Below, one piece after another: positions 31,701 to 41,160 of a stretch of DNA of 64,000 nucleotides. Under the pieces are notes generated by a model. It searched no databases, was not told the origin of the DNA, and saw nothing but the letters and a program-made list of their open reading frames with translations. The translations under genes were made by a program, and so were the position numbers. The stretch's first letter is position 1. The number at the start of each line of letters is the position of its first letter. Origin of the DNA: an uncultured delta proteobacterium (GTDB lineage Bacteria > Desulfobacterota > Desulfobacteria > Desulfobacterales > SG8-13); contig CAWKCK010000018.1 in NCBI GenBank assembly GCA_963848135.1, positions 386,938 to 450,937 of the forward strand. The letters are read 5' to 3'.

Positions 31701-32060
31701 CAGCGCAGTAAAATCCAGGAAGAGTCCATTTACTACGAGACTCTGAAGCATACCGGTCAAATGCCCATCATCGGTGTCAATACGTTTCGCGACCCCAACG
31801 CCGAACACAACGTGCTGGTCGAAACCGTTGAACTGGCAAGGGCCACCGAGGAAGAAAAGGAATCGCAGATCAAGCGATTGAAAGAATTCCAACAACGTAA
31901 TGAAAGTGAAGCACCCGGGGCTCTTAAGCGGCTGCAGGAATCAGCCCTTAAAAGCGAAAACATTTTCGCCGAACTGATGGAGGCGGTACGGTATTGCTCG
32001 CTGGGCCAGATTACCCGGGCCCTTTATGACGTCGGCGGGCAGTATCGCAGAAACATGTAA
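28797..32060 (+). CDS. icmF: fused isobutyryl-CoA mutase / MeaB-like GTPase
   Basis: B12-binding [16 protein letters not shown] GTPase, mutase domain [20 protein letters not shown]-terminal GGQYRRNM; 1087 aa. Confidence 0.97.
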   Translation: MSAATEVYTPENSIRVVTATSLFDGHDAAINIMRRLLQATGVEVIHLGHNRSVQDIVDAAIEEDVQGVAVSSYQGGHIEFFKYMVDLLRERNAGHIKVFGGGGGVIVPQEIRELESYGITKIYSPEDGARLGLQGMINHMVRHLDFSTIKDFDFSFDSLNPDNKQLVANLISAVERAKALENGHLEKLRAQLQGKLQKRKVPVIGLTGTGGAGKSSLTDELIVRLLHDLKDLRVAIISCDPSRRKTGGALLGDRIRMNAIGNPRVYMRSLATRRSQTEIPMALAEGILVAKAAGYDLVIAETAGIGQGDSMITNLVDVSIYAMTSEFGAASQLEKIDMLDFADIVVVNKYEKRGSEDAVRDVRKQVQRNRNAWDKNPEDMPVFGTIASKFNDDGVTALYHALLDTVAAKTGVKFISHLPRTATKTSTSKTIIIPPERTRYLSEIADTVHSYHQRTATQAENLRTAWHLEEVIKTIGDSPEELLARLKEVDATARENIREETRKVLDEWRDIQEAYGGDELVYMVRGREIRLPLYTESLSRKKIPKIVLPKFKDPGEIYRWMREENVPGRFPFTAGVFPLKRVDEDPTRMFAGEGDPARTNRRFKLLSADYEAKRLSTAFDSVTLYGYDPDRRPDIYGKVGTSGVSICTLDDVKVLYSGFELCAPGTSVSMTINGPAPIMLAMFLNTAIDQQVERYTAENVKPPEPETYGKIRAEVLSNVRGTVQADILKEDQGQNTCIFSIDFALKMMGDIQEYFIDNNVRNFYSVSISGYHIAEAGANPISQLAFTLANGFTYVEYYLSRNMPIDSFAPNLSFFFSNGMDPEYTVIGRVARRIWAIAMRDKYSGSQRSQMLKYHIQTSGRSLHSQDIQFNDIRTTLQALIAIYDNCNSLHTNAFDEAITTPSTESVRRALAIQMIINREWGLTKNENFNQGSFLVEELTRLVEEAVLMEFDRITARGGVLGAMETGYQRSKIQEESIYYETLKHTGQMPIIGVNTFRDPNAEHNVLVETVELARATEEEKESQIKRLKEFQQRNESEAPGALKRLQESALKSENIFAELMEAVRYCSLGQITRALYDVGGQYRRNM

Positions 32061-32195
32061 TTAATGATTCAAGAATGGCTCTTTGACCCAATCTCAGCGT
32101 CAATCTTCCCAATGATTGTTAGACTGAGTAGATACCCGGGTCCAGAGGGCCCGGCACTGGTTCCTACCTGAAAGGGAGTGTTGGTTTTATTACAT

Positions 32196-32328
32196 CAAAG
32201 TGACTAAAGTGAACTAAAATGAGCTAAAGTGCCTAAAGTTAAGGAATTCTATTCCTTTTTATAAACGACAGAGCGAAGCGATACATAAACTTTAGATCAC
32301 TTATAACTTTAGTTCACTCCACACTTTG
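32196..32328. repeat. inverted arrays of short CTAAAGT-type repeats (MITE-like)
   Basis: AAAGTGACTAAAGTGAACTAAAATGAGCTAAAGTGCCTAAAGTT ... AACTTTAGATCACTTATAACTTTAGTTCACT. Confidence 0.6.
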
Positions 32329-32415
32329 TATTATTTTCTTGGCAGAGCCCATTATCTCTGACCTGGCCCAAAGGACCAGGTGTTTGGATACAGAATAAAT
32401 AGAGGAGAATGAACC

Positions 32416-33591
32416 ATGAGAGAAGCCGTTATCGTCAGTGCGGTACGAACAGCGTTAGGTAGTTTCAATGGAACACTGGGACGCATTGGCGCCACCCAGC
32501 TTGGGGCCGCTGTTATCGAGGCCGCTGTCGGTCGCGCCGGTATTTCCAAGGATGAGGTCAATGAAGTCATCATGGGGCAGGTCCTTCCTTGCGGATACGG
32601 TCAAAACCCAGCCAAGCAGGCCGCAGTGAAGGCTGGCATGCCCTGGGATACGGCCTGCATTACGGTCAACAAGGTCTGCGGTTCGGCCCTCAAAGCGGTC
32701 ATGCTCGCGGCCCAGGCTATCCAGCTGGGGGATGCCGACGTGGTGGTGGCCGGCGGGATGGAGAACATGACCCTGGCACCCTATTTTCTGGATAAAGCCC
32801 GCTTCGGGTATCGCATGGGGCCAGGCAAGTTACAGGACCACATGATGCATGACGGGTTGTGGGATATCGTCAACGATTTTCACATGGGTATGTCCAACGA
32901 ATTGTGTGCGGAAAAATATTCCATCAGCCGCGAAGATCAGGACCAATACGCAGCCGAATCCTACCGCCGCACCCTTGATGCCATTGCCTCTGGACGTTTC
33001 AAGGACGAAATCGTTCCATTCGAAGTTCCCGGGCGGAAAGGCACAACGGTCCCGTTCGATACGGATGAATGCCCCCGGGAAACCCTTTACGATTTTTTGG
33101 CCAAAATGAAACCGGCTTTCAAGAATGGCGGTACGGGTACGGCCGGCAATGCATCGATCCTCAGTGACGGTGCTGCTGCCGTTACGGTCATGGCCCGCGA
33201 AAAGGCGGAATCCCTGGGTTGCCAGATCCTTGCTTCTATTGGCGCCCAGGCATCATACGGTATCGACATGAAATACGTCCTGGTCGCGCCGATCTGGGCC
33301 ATTCCCCGGTGTCTCGAAAAGGAAGGCATCGGTGTAAAAGATGTCGACCTGTATGAGATCAACGAGGCTTTCAGCGGCTCAACCGTAGCCGTCTTGCGCG
33401 AGCTTGACCTCGACCCAACGCTCGTCAATGTCAACGGCGGCAGTGTCGCCCTGGGGCATCCGATCGGTGCCAGTGGTTGCCGTGTGCTGGTAACGCTGAT
33501 TCACGAAATGATCCGGCGGAACAGCAAGACCGGTCTGGCCTCCCTCTGCCTGGGCGGCGGCGAGGCCGTGGCGATGGTCGTTAAGAGATAG
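32416..33591 (+). CDS. acetyl-CoA C-acetyltransferase (thiolase)
   Basis: NKVCGSAL, EINEAF, GHPIGASG, SLCLGGGEAVA. Confidence 0.96.
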   Translation: MREAVIVSAVRTALGSFNGTLGRIGATQLGAAVIEAAVGRAGISKDEVNEVIMGQVLPCGYGQNPAKQAAVKAGMPWDTACITVNKVCGSALKAVMLAAQAIQLGDADVVVAGGMENMTLAPYFLDKARFGYRMGPGKLQDHMMHDGLWDIVNDFHMGMSNELCAEKYSISREDQDQYAAESYRRTLDAIASGRFKDEIVPFEVPGRKGTTVPFDTDECPRETLYDFLAKMKPAFKNGGTGTAGNASILSDGAAAVTVMAREKAESLGCQILASIGAQASYGIDMKYVLVAPIWAIPRCLEKEGIGVKDVDLYEINEAFSGSTVAVLRELDLDPTLVNVNGGSVALGHPIGASGCRVLVTLIHEMIRRNSKTGLASLCLGGGEAVAMVVKR

Positions 33592-33595
33592 AAAT

Positions 33596-33646
33596 CGGGT
33601 TGCGGGTTGCGGGTTGCGGGGTGCGGGGTGCGGGGTGCGGGGTGCG
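33596..33646. repeat. heptamer tandem repeat (CGGGTTG)3(CGGGGTG)4
   Basis: Seen directly after the thiolase stop codon. Confidence 0.85.
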
Positions 33647-33725
33647 AGTTGGTAGCTGCACATTTTATACTACTTTTCAAAATAACTACATCAATTAGAT
33701 GGGTCAATAGACTTAATTCTTAGGA

Positions 33726-33849
33726 GTGGTTTCGTAATAGTGCCAAGGTCAAGGCGTGTAAGCTTATGCGGCGTGAGGCGTACTGCCCGTATGCCGCAGC
33801 GCCTGCGAAGCGCAGCACAACGAAGAGATTGGCTCTATTACGAAACCAC
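33726..33849. repeat. MITE-like element with 15-bp terminal inverted repeats
   Basis: GTGGTTTCGTAATAG ... CTATTACGAAACCAC. Confidence 0.75.
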
Positions 33850-33871
33850 CCACCCCCTTGAAGGAGGAAGA

Positions 33872-34726
33872 ATGAGCATCAATACCTTCGGCGTCATCGG
33901 TGCCGGGCAGATGGGCAGCGGCATCGCGCAGGTCGCGGCCGCCAGTGGACTCAACGTCATTATGAACGACATCAAACCGGCGTTTGTCGAGCGCGGTCTG
34001 GCCGTCATCGATAAGATACTGGCGCGGAGCGTTGAGAAAGGCAAGTTGAGCGCCGAAGAAAAGGCGGCCCTACTGGCCCGAATTCATACCAGCGTTACCT
34101 TGGAGGACATGGCCGAAGCCGATTTTATCGTCGAGGCGGCGACCGAAAACGAGCCGCTCAAGTTCCAGATCTTCAAAGATCTGGACCGGGTTTGCAAGCC
34201 ATCGGTCATATTGGCGACCAACACGTCCTCTATTCCCATCGGTCGTATCGCCGCTCAAACGGGGCGCCCTGACAAGATCATCGGCATGCACTTCATGAAC
34301 CCGGTCCCGCTCATGAAACTGGTGGAAGTTATCCGGGGTATTGCCACATCGGAAGAAACATTCAAGCTGACCTGGGAACTATCTGAAAAATTCGGCAAGA
34401 CGCCGGCAGAAGCCAACGATTACCCCGGTTTCATCGCCAACCGGGTCCTGATGCCGATGATCAACGAAGCGATTTTTTGCCTCTATCACGGGGTGGGAAA
34501 ACGCGAAGACATCGACACGGTGATGAAGTTGGGAATGAACCATCCCATGGGCCCACTGGCGCTGGCCGATCTGATCGGCCTGGACACCTGCCTGGCGATC
34601 ATGGAAACCATCTACAACGGATTCAGTGACTCAAAGTATCGTCCCTGTCCCTTACTGCGTAAATACGTCGAAGCCGGCTGGCTTGGCCGCAAAACCGGAC
34701 GCGGTTTCTACGAATACGTCAAATAA
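33872..34726 (+). CDS. hbd: 3-hydroxybutyryl-CoA dehydrogenase
   Basis: GVIGAGQMGSGIA, NTSSI, GMHFMNP, NHPMGPL, GRKTGRGFY; AGGAGG RBS before ATG 33872. Confidence 0.95.
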   Translation: MSINTFGVIGAGQMGSGIAQVAAASGLNVIMNDIKPAFVERGLAVIDKILARSVEKGKLSAEEKAALLARIHTSVTLEDMAEADFIVEAATENEPLKFQIFKDLDRVCKPSVILATNTSSIPIGRIAAQTGRPDKIIGMHFMNPVPLMKLVEVIRGIATSEETFKLTWELSEKFGKTPAEANDYPGFIANRVLMPMINEAIFCLYHGVGKREDIDTVMKLGMNHPMGPLALADLIGLDTCLAIMETIYNGFSDSKYRPCPLLRKYVEAGWLGRKTGRGFYEYVK

Positions 34727-34816
34727 AATCGTGCAACTCCTAATGGAAAAGGTGTAAAGCCCGTGCGTCCACACGCTCACCCCTGCTTCAGATGCAAGCG
34801 TAAGCTCTCTCTTCCG

Positions 34817-34860
34817 GAGCGGCGAAGCCGCGTTTCATAAAATCGTGCAGCGATTTTATT
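34817..34860. repeat. repeat family C, copy 3
   Basis: GAGCGGCGAAGCCGCGTTTCATAAAATCGTGCAGCGATTTTATT. Confidence 0.8.
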
Positions 34861-34861
34861 T

Positions 34862-35341
34862 TTATTTAAATATCCGGGCGGCCAGTTCGACATCTTCGGG
34901 GCAAAAGACAAACAGACACTTTTCTTCCGGCGAAGAGACAGAGCCATAAACGTAGTTGATGTTGATGCCCTCTTCGCCGAATTTGCTGGCGATTCTGGCC
35001 AATTCACCGGGGCGATTGTCAAGCTCGAGGGCGATGACCGGCATGATGTCGAACAGATAATCGTTCTTCGACAACAGATCGACAGCCTTGTCCGTATCTC
35101 CGACAAGAAGGCGGATAAGCGCAAATTCGGCCGAGTCCATCCGCATTGAATTGTAGCTGGCCGCCGATGCTATCCGCTTGAGCGCTTTTCCTCTGGCTTG
35201 AAAGAGCTTCTGAACATAGGATGAAGCATCTTGAATAGTGAGGGCGTCGATGTTGATATCCGCCTCGGAAAACAGCAATGTCAGCTTGCCGAGTTCGCCG
35301 GGTGCATTCTTTAAAAATAGGGAGATCTCTGTTCTGACCAT
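34862..35341 (-). CDS. ACT domain-containing protein (tandem ACT)
   Basis: ISLFLKNAPGEL..INI and LDNRPGEL..ININYVY. Confidence 0.88.
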   Translation of the reverse strand: MVRTEISLFLKNAPGELGKLTLLFSEADINIDALTIQDASSYVQKLFQARGKALKRIASAASYNSMRMDSAEFALIRLLVGDTDKAVDLLSKNDYLFDIMPVIALELDNRPGELARIASKFGEEGININYVYGSVSSPEEKCLFVFCPEDVELAARIFK

Positions 35342-35696
35342 GATAAGCTCCTGATCTGATGCGTCTTTGGGAATGGTTCCGTTATCGATTCCTATAAAAA
35401 ATAGCGACTGAAGTCAACCGGCCTCAAAAATACGAGCCCGACCATAAAACCGCTTAATTTGTCGCATTTGCCATTGGAAAAGCACACACATTAGCGGTAC
35501 TGAAAAAAATCATGAATTTTGCGGGTGAACCCGGTCGATCAACCATAGCATATCCGCTTGTTCAGTATAGCCCTGAAAACAAATTCCCCCTGCATCCTCC
35601 ATTTTTGAAATCGGAAGGACAGGGGGTTCATTGTGCTAAGATAGCGGTCCGCAGGCGGCTCCATGCGGCCTCGGTCCGTGGCAACCTATTTCGAAA

Positions 35697-37229
35697 CTAT
35701 TCCTTAGCCTTTCCGAACATTTCTTTGATTTTCACCCGGTCGGGCGATCCGTCCTCCGACAGCGGCAATTCCTGCGCAAATTCGACATGACGCGGTTTTT
35801 TGAATCGCGCAATCCGTTGGCCCACAAACTGAATCAGTTCATCGGAATTAAGGTGTGCGCCCTCTTTCAACTGGCAGACCGCCATGATTGCTTCTTTCCA
35901 TTTCGGGTCCGAAACCCCAAAGACAACGGTTGCCGCGACAGCCGGATGTTGCAAAATCACCTTTTCCACTTCGGCGGGATAAACATTTTCTCCCCCGGGT
36001 TTGATCAACTCTTTTTCGGCTTTGCGGCCGGCGTACCACAAATAGCCATCGGAATCGAAACGCCCCAGGTCGCCGGTGTGATGCCAGCCTTCCCTGAAAG
36101 TGAAAGCGTTATCTTCAGGCAAGTTCCAATACCCTTTGAAGATCATGGGGCCTTTCATGACGATCTCACCCACCTGCCCTGTTTCAACGGGTCGATCGTA
36201 GTCATCGAACAACTGAACCTCGGCCAATTGGATGACCGTGCCGGCCGAACCCGGCTTCTCGTTGTACTTTCCGAGCGTCGCCAGGCAGGAAGTCTCCGTC
36301 TGTCCGTACATGCTGTAAAACGTCCCGCCGGTCGCTTTCTGATATTTCTCGATGGTCTCGGGTGTGTCCAGCCCCAGCACACCGCGCAGTGCACTGATAT
36401 CCCGGCCGGTTTTCTCGGCTTCCTCCACGATGGAACCCAGAATGGGAGAAAAATCGAACATGATGCTGGCCTTGCGGTGCACGATCATATCGACCGCACG
36501 AGCGGCATCAAACTTGCTCATGTTCGCACTGGGAGCCCCGCTGTGAAACGCACTGGTGATCATTACCAACCCGGCGATGTGAAACATCGGCAGCAGATTC
36601 AAATGAACGTCGCGGGTGGTCAAGTTGAAAAGCTGGATCAAATGCATATTGGCGCAGATGACATTGTTGTGACTCAGCAGGGCGCCCCTTGGCCTCCCGG
36701 CAACAGCAGCCGTATGGATGATCACCAAACCGTCGCTGGACGAAACCTCCGCGATCGCAGCATCAAAACCTTCCTCATCGGCCAGCAGGGAAGTAAAAGT
36801 CGTAAATTTTCCCGTGTCGGTTTTCAGGTTGTAAAAAGCCGTCACGCTTTGCAGCCGGCTTTTATTATCATCGATCAGCTTCTGATACTCCTGATCGACG
36901 AAAAGCACGACCGGTGTGCCGTCGTTGAGATTGAAGCAGACCTCCTCGGCCGAAAGCCGCCAGTTGACCGGCAGGACGATGGCGCCTAGTGCGGCTGCAG
37001 CACCATAAACCAGGAAACATTCAAGGCTGTTTTTACCGAGAATACCTATCCGGTTGCCTTTGGTTACACCGGCCTTTCGCAGCCCCTGGGCCAGGCGGTC
37101 AACGGTCACCTTGTAATCTTCGAAGGAGAGTGTCCGGTCGTCATCAATCTCATACCAGGCGGGATGTCCCGCGAATACCCGCGCATTGCGATTGATCAAA
37201 TCATAAAAAGTAAAGTCGTATAGACCCAA
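35697..37229 (-). CDS. AMP-binding acyl-CoA synthetase family protein with atypical P-loop
   Basis: YGQTE, HTGDLG, IKPGGENVYPAEVE; P-loop reads HTAAVAGRPRG. Confidence 0.88.
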   Translation of the reverse strand: MGLYDFTFYDLINRNARVFAGHPAWYEIDDDRTLSFEDYKVTVDRLAQGLRKAGVTKGNRIGILGKNSLECFLVYGAAAALGAIVLPVNWRLSAEEVCFNLNDGTPVVLFVDQEYQKLIDDNKSRLQSVTAFYNLKTDTGKFTTFTSLLADEEGFDAAIAEVSSSDGLVIIHTAAVAGRPRGALLSHNNVICANMHLIQLFNLTTRDVHLNLLPMFHIAGLVMITSAFHSGAPSANMSKFDAARAVDMIVHRKASIMFDFSPILGSIVEEAEKTGRDISALRGVLGLDTPETIEKYQKATGGTFYSMYGQTETSCLATLGKYNEKPGSAGTVIQLAEVQLFDDYDRPVETGQVGEIVMKGPMIFKGYWNLPEDNAFTFREGWHHTGDLGRFDSDGYLWYAGRKAEKELIKPGGENVYPAEVEKVILQHPAVAATVVFGVSDPKWKEAIMAVCQLKEGAHLNSDELIQFVGQRIARFKKPRHVEFAQELPLSEDGSPDRVKIKEMFGKAKE

Positions 37230-37256
37230 TGTTGTCACCCTGAAATTAGATTCAAT

Positions 37257-37294
37257 GCCCACCGGGAAAGCCGGGGTTTAACGATGATTTTTAT
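37257..37294. repeat. palindromic repeat family B, copy 2
   Basis: CCCACCGGGAAAGCCGGGGTTTAACGATGATTTTAT. Confidence 0.7.
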
Positions 37295-37300
37295 TGGCGT

Positions 37301-37693
37301 TTACTTTGTCGTCGTCACCGGGCACGGTGCTTTGAGGATAATGTATTGAGCGGTGGATCCGAGAAGCATCTTCCGGGTTTTGGATTTCTTCTCGATGCCG
37401 ACAAAAATATGGTCGATGTCATTCTCCTCGGCGAACCTGACGATATCTTCTCCCGGCGATAGTCCCCTTGCAAAGTGCTGACTCTCGCAGTCGATACCTG
37501 CCTCTTCGATGAACTTGCATGCCGTTTTCAACTCATACTCGACTTGGCCGATCTCATCGAATGATTCGCCTTTGCCTCCTTCCATCGAGGTCATCACAAC
37601 GACTTTTGCACTGTGAATCTGTGCAAAATCCCTGACAAGCGCCAGCGCGGCTTTTGATTCCTTGGAACCGGTATAACCGAGCAGAAATTTCAT
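37301..37693 (-). CDS. universal stress protein
   Basis: KFLLGYTGSKES, LLGSTAQYIILKAPCPV. Confidence 0.92.
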   Translation of the reverse strand: MKFLLGYTGSKESKAALALVRDFAQIHSAKVVVMTSMEGGKGESFDEIGQVEYELKTACKFIEEAGIDCESQHFARGLSPGEDIVRFAEENDIDHIFVGIEKKSKTRKMLLGSTAQYIILKAPCPVTTTK

Positions 37694-37750
37694 TCCGTAC
37701 TCCTTTTCGCGTCTGCGACCAAACACGTGCCATTCATCGTACAGACAATA

Positions 37751-38572
37751 CTACATCCACCGCTTACGTCTTTTGTACGATTTGACATTCTTGAAAGATT
37801 TACGCCGCCCGCCCTTAGTGATACCCATATAAAATTCTTTGACATCTGGATTGTTTTTCAGTTCCTTGGACGGTCCCTCCATCACAATTTTACCGGATTC
37901 CATGATGTAGGCATAGTTTGATACTTCTAACGCCACTTTGGCGTTCTGCTCGACAACCAGGATTGTTGTCTCCATCTCCTGATTGATGCGCTCGACATTT
38001 TCGAAAATCTCCTTGACCAGCAACGGCGCCAGACCCAATGACGGTTCATCGAGCATCAGCATTCGGGGAGATGCCATAAGTGCCCGTGCAATCGCGATCA
38101 TTTGCTGCTCACCGCCCGAGCAGTAACCGGCAAGCCGGTTGGTCACGCGCGCCAGACGGGGAAAATGCTTATACATCAGCTTCAGGTCTTTTCGAACTGA
38201 TGCGGCACCATCTTTGCGTGTAATCGAGCCGGCCCGAATGTTTTCATCCACCGTCAGGTGCTTGAACACGCGGCGACCCTCCGGGACCATCACCGCTCCG
38301 TGCCGGACCACTTCGGTACCCAGCCGGTTGGTAAGGTCCGCACCTCGGAAGTGAATATAGCCTTCCTTGATGAACCCGTTCTCAGGCTTGAGCAGCCCAC
38401 TGATCGCCCTTAAGGTCGTGGTTTTGCCGGCACCATTTGTTCCGAGAAGCGCAACGATGCCCCCTTCCGGTACGTTGAGGCTGACGCCCCGCAGGACCTG
38501 TATGATGTCGTGATATACCACCTCGATGTTGTTTACTTCGAGAAGATAATCGTTTTTCTCCGTCGCACTCAT
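37751..38572 (-). CDS. Liv-type ABC transporter ATP-binding protein (LivF-like)
   Basis: GTNGAGKTT, VPEGRRVF, SGGEQQM, LDEPSLGLAP. Confidence 0.95.
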   Translation of the reverse strand: MSATEKNDYLLEVNNIEVVYHDIIQVLRGVSLNVPEGGIVALLGTNGAGKTTTLRAISGLLKPENGFIKEGYIHFRGADLTNRLGTEVVRHGAVMVPEGRRVFKHLTVDENIRAGSITRKDGAASVRKDLKLMYKHFPRLARVTNRLAGYCSGGEQQMIAIARALMASPRMLMLDEPSLGLAPLLVKEIFENVERINQEMETTILVVEQNAKVALEVSNYAYIMESGKIVMEGPSKELKNNPDVKEFYMGITKGGRRKSFKNVKSYKRRKRWM

Positions 38573-38726
38573 ACTACCATACCTTCCCGCCGGATCCACC
38601 CGCGATCTGGGTATTCATGTTATCGAAGTGTTGAACCGGGAGGCCGGCGATTTATTAGAACCGCCAGCCTCCGTTTTGCAGCCAGGCAATCAAGATACAC
38701 CTGTCGGTATTTTACCACATCAGCAG

Positions 38727-39953
38727 TTATTTAATTTTTTTAGCATACTCGGGGGCATACGGTTTTCCAACTGCCCGAAATACGCCATCTTTTACTGCAT
38801 AGAGTTGCAGGGTATCGACGCCTTCCTTGTCGGTTTTGGAATAGGTGACCGGACCCACGGTCGTAAATGGCGTATAGGCGTTAGCACCGTTCATGGCCAG
38901 AAGTTCCTCGTAGAGCGCGGCACGGTCGATTTTCTTTCCCTTTTCCTTGGCGCGTTTCATGGTTTCAACGGCAATTTGGACCACCATGACGCCGCTGGTG
39001 TAGTTATGAGATTTGGCCGTTTTATCGTCGCGGCCGTAACGCTTTGCCAGGGCCAGCTGCTGGTCTGTCCAAGGTCCCGGTTCGGAGGTCAGTTTGTAAG
39101 ATGTCGTCCAATAAAAGTTTTCCGCCGCCGATCCGGCCAGATCGATCAAGTCGTTGCCACCGGTGTAATGTGCGCCCAGGAAGGTCAGTTTCTCCGGCTC
39201 ACCAAAGGATGAGGCCGCCACACCCAGGCGTTGGGCATCGTTAATCAGCGTCGCCACTGGAGATTGGACGGTATGGCTGATAACATACTGGACGTCCTTG
39301 TTTTTCAGGCGCTGTAAGGTGGCGCTGTTGTCCAGATCCTTGCCGTGCTCGACCACTTCGACGATTTCGACGTTCAAACCGGCCGCAACCGCCTTTTTTA
39401 GATCTTCCACGGGCCCGCGACCAAATGCCGAGGGATGGATGAACAGGGCCACTTTGGCTTTTCCGTCCTTATGGTTGTTGGCCACGTATTCGGCCAATCC
39501 AATAACCTGGCTGGAGTAAGACGCGATGGGCAGGAAGATGTAGTTGGAATCCTCTAAGTTGCCGCGATGATAAGAGGCCGGGAGCACGGCAATTTTCTCT
39601 TCTTCGAAATCCCGTTTCAAACCCAATGTGCTGCCGGTGGAATAATTCAGGTAGATCACGATGCCTTCATCGAGAAATTCTTCGAAATTCCGTTTGGTGA
39701 CATCGGTCTTATACTGATCGTCCCGAATGTCGATCGTGACCTTGTCATCGCCCAATAGTTTTTCATCGTTAGCGTAGCGAATGAAGTCTTCCATACCCTT
39801 CGAATACGGGTTCCCAGCATCGGATGTCGGGCCGGTAATCGCCAGGGACGAAGCGATTTTGTGGGTATCTGCAGCCTGAACGTTCATGGCACAGATCACA
39901 AGAAACAGCGCGGTCAATACCACAGTGAAGCCTGTCCATTTTTTGGTGCTCAT
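38727..39953 (-). CDS. Liv-type ABC transporter substrate-binding protein
   Basis: Signal peptide; ITGPTSDAG, DDQYK, STGST; position in the operon. Confidence 0.9.
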   Translation of the reverse strand: MSTKKWTGFTVVLTALFLVICAMNVQAADTHKIASSLAITGPTSDAGNPYSKGMEDFIRYANDEKLLGDDKVTIDIRDDQYKTDVTKRNFEEFLDEGIVIYLNYSTGSTLGLKRDFEEEKIAVLPASYHRGNLEDSNYIFLPIASYSSQVIGLAEYVANNHKDGKAKVALFIHPSAFGRGPVEDLKKAVAAGLNVEIVEVVEHGKDLDNSATLQRLKNKDVQYVISHTVQSPVATLINDAQRLGVAASSFGEPEKLTFLGAHYTGGNDLIDLAGSAAENFYWTTSYKLTSEPGPWTDQQLALAKRYGRDDKTAKSHNYTSGVMVVQIAVETMKRAKEKGKKIDRAALYEELLAMNGANAYTPFTTVGPVTYSKTDKEGVDTLQLYAVKDGVFRAVGKPYAPEYAKKIK

Positions 39954-40062
39954 TTTTTTCCTCCCATTCATTTTGGTTGTGGTTGGCTGGGCAATACAAT
40001 CGATTTTCAATGCCCTAATCAACTGCCGGCTCATACTGTCAGTCGGCGATGGCGCAGCCATC

Positions 40063-41157
40063 CTAATATCGGAACGGCCACAGCTTGAAATATGATCGCG
40101 CAATTCGCCACCAGTTGGCGATTCCGCGCGGCTCGAACATCAGAAACAAAACGATAACCAAGCCGAAAGTCAATGGGCGCAAGGCTGTTGCCAGATTCAT
40201 CGTTTCTGAAAATACGATGCTCGCAAGCTCAGCCACATGTTCGACCTGCAGGTCGAGCAGGTAGATGGCCGCCGGACCGAAAAAAGATCCGACCAGGGTG
40301 CCCAGGCCGCCGACGATGGCCATGGCCAGGTACGTGATGGAATGGTGCAACGTAAAAGATTCAAAACCGACGCCACGAAAAAGATAGGCGTGCAACGCGC
40401 CAGCCACCCCGGCAAAAAATCCGGCCAGGGCAAAGGCATATACTTTGGTCAGCCCGGGATGCATCCCCATCGCATCGGCGGCGCGGTCATTGTCGCGCAC
40501 CGCAACCAGGCAGCGGCCGTAGCGGGTGCGCATGAGGTTGCGGACACCAAAACCGAGTATCACGACAATTACCAGCGTAACATAGTACCAGAAAAGGTAG
40601 TGGTCGCGCCGAGACACTTCCCCGGTAATCCAATAGGCCCGTCCGATAAAAATGGTCTGTCCCTGGTTGAAAAAAGTCGAAAAGTTGATGATCCAAAGAA
40701 AAATCATCTGGAAAGAAAGTGTCGCAATCGCCAGGTAGAGGTGTTTGAGCCTCAGCGCCGGCAAACCGACAAAGGCGCCGATAACAGCACCGACCCCCCC
40801 GGAAACCAGCAGCATCAGCGGCCAAGCGTGCGTAATGAGCACATGCGAGTCGCCGAGAACCCGCGAGAAAGAGGCCAGTGTATAAGCACCGACGCCGACG
40901 AAGGCCGCATGTCCGATGGAAATCAGCCCAGCAAATCCGGTCAGAAGATTCAAACCCAGTACCGCGATAATGGCAATAAGAATGTTGTCGATAACCAACA
41001 TGTACTTATTGCTGACCTCAAATAATAAAGGCCAGATGAAAAAGACAGCCAGGAAAGCGATGAATATCATTCGATCGAGGTGGGTCTGGAATATGCGCTG
41101 CTCTTCCTCGTATGTCGTAAAGTAGTTACCGGTTGCCAGCCATCGGTTTACAGCCAT
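40063..41157 (-). CDS. Liv-type ABC transporter permease (LivM-like)
   Basis: GLNLLTGFAGLISIGHAAF, LYLAIATL, AVRDNDRAA. Confidence 0.93.
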   Translation of the reverse strand: MAVNRWLATGNYFTTYEEEQRIFQTHLDRMIFIAFLAVFFIWPLLFEVSNKYMLVIDNILIAIIAVLGLNLLTGFAGLISIGHAAFVGVGAYTLASFSRVLGDSHVLITHAWPLMLLVSGGVGAVIGAFVGLPALRLKHLYLAIATLSFQMIFLWIINFSTFFNQGQTIFIGRAYWITGEVSRRDHYLFWYYVTLVIVVILGFGVRNLMRTRYGRCLVAVRDNDRAADAMGMHPGLTKVYAFALAGFFAGVAGALHAYLFRGVGFESFTLHHSITYLAMAIVGGLGTLVGSFFGPAAIYLLDLQVEHVAELASIVFSETMNLATALRPLTFGLVIVLFLMFEPRGIANWWRIARSYFKLWPFRY

Positions 41158-41160
41158 GAT

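Noticed and set aside
32196..32328. Short repeats as a possible CRISPR array
   Set aside because: Units are 7-9 bp with no unique spacers and no cas genes; no CRISPR array was seen in the window.
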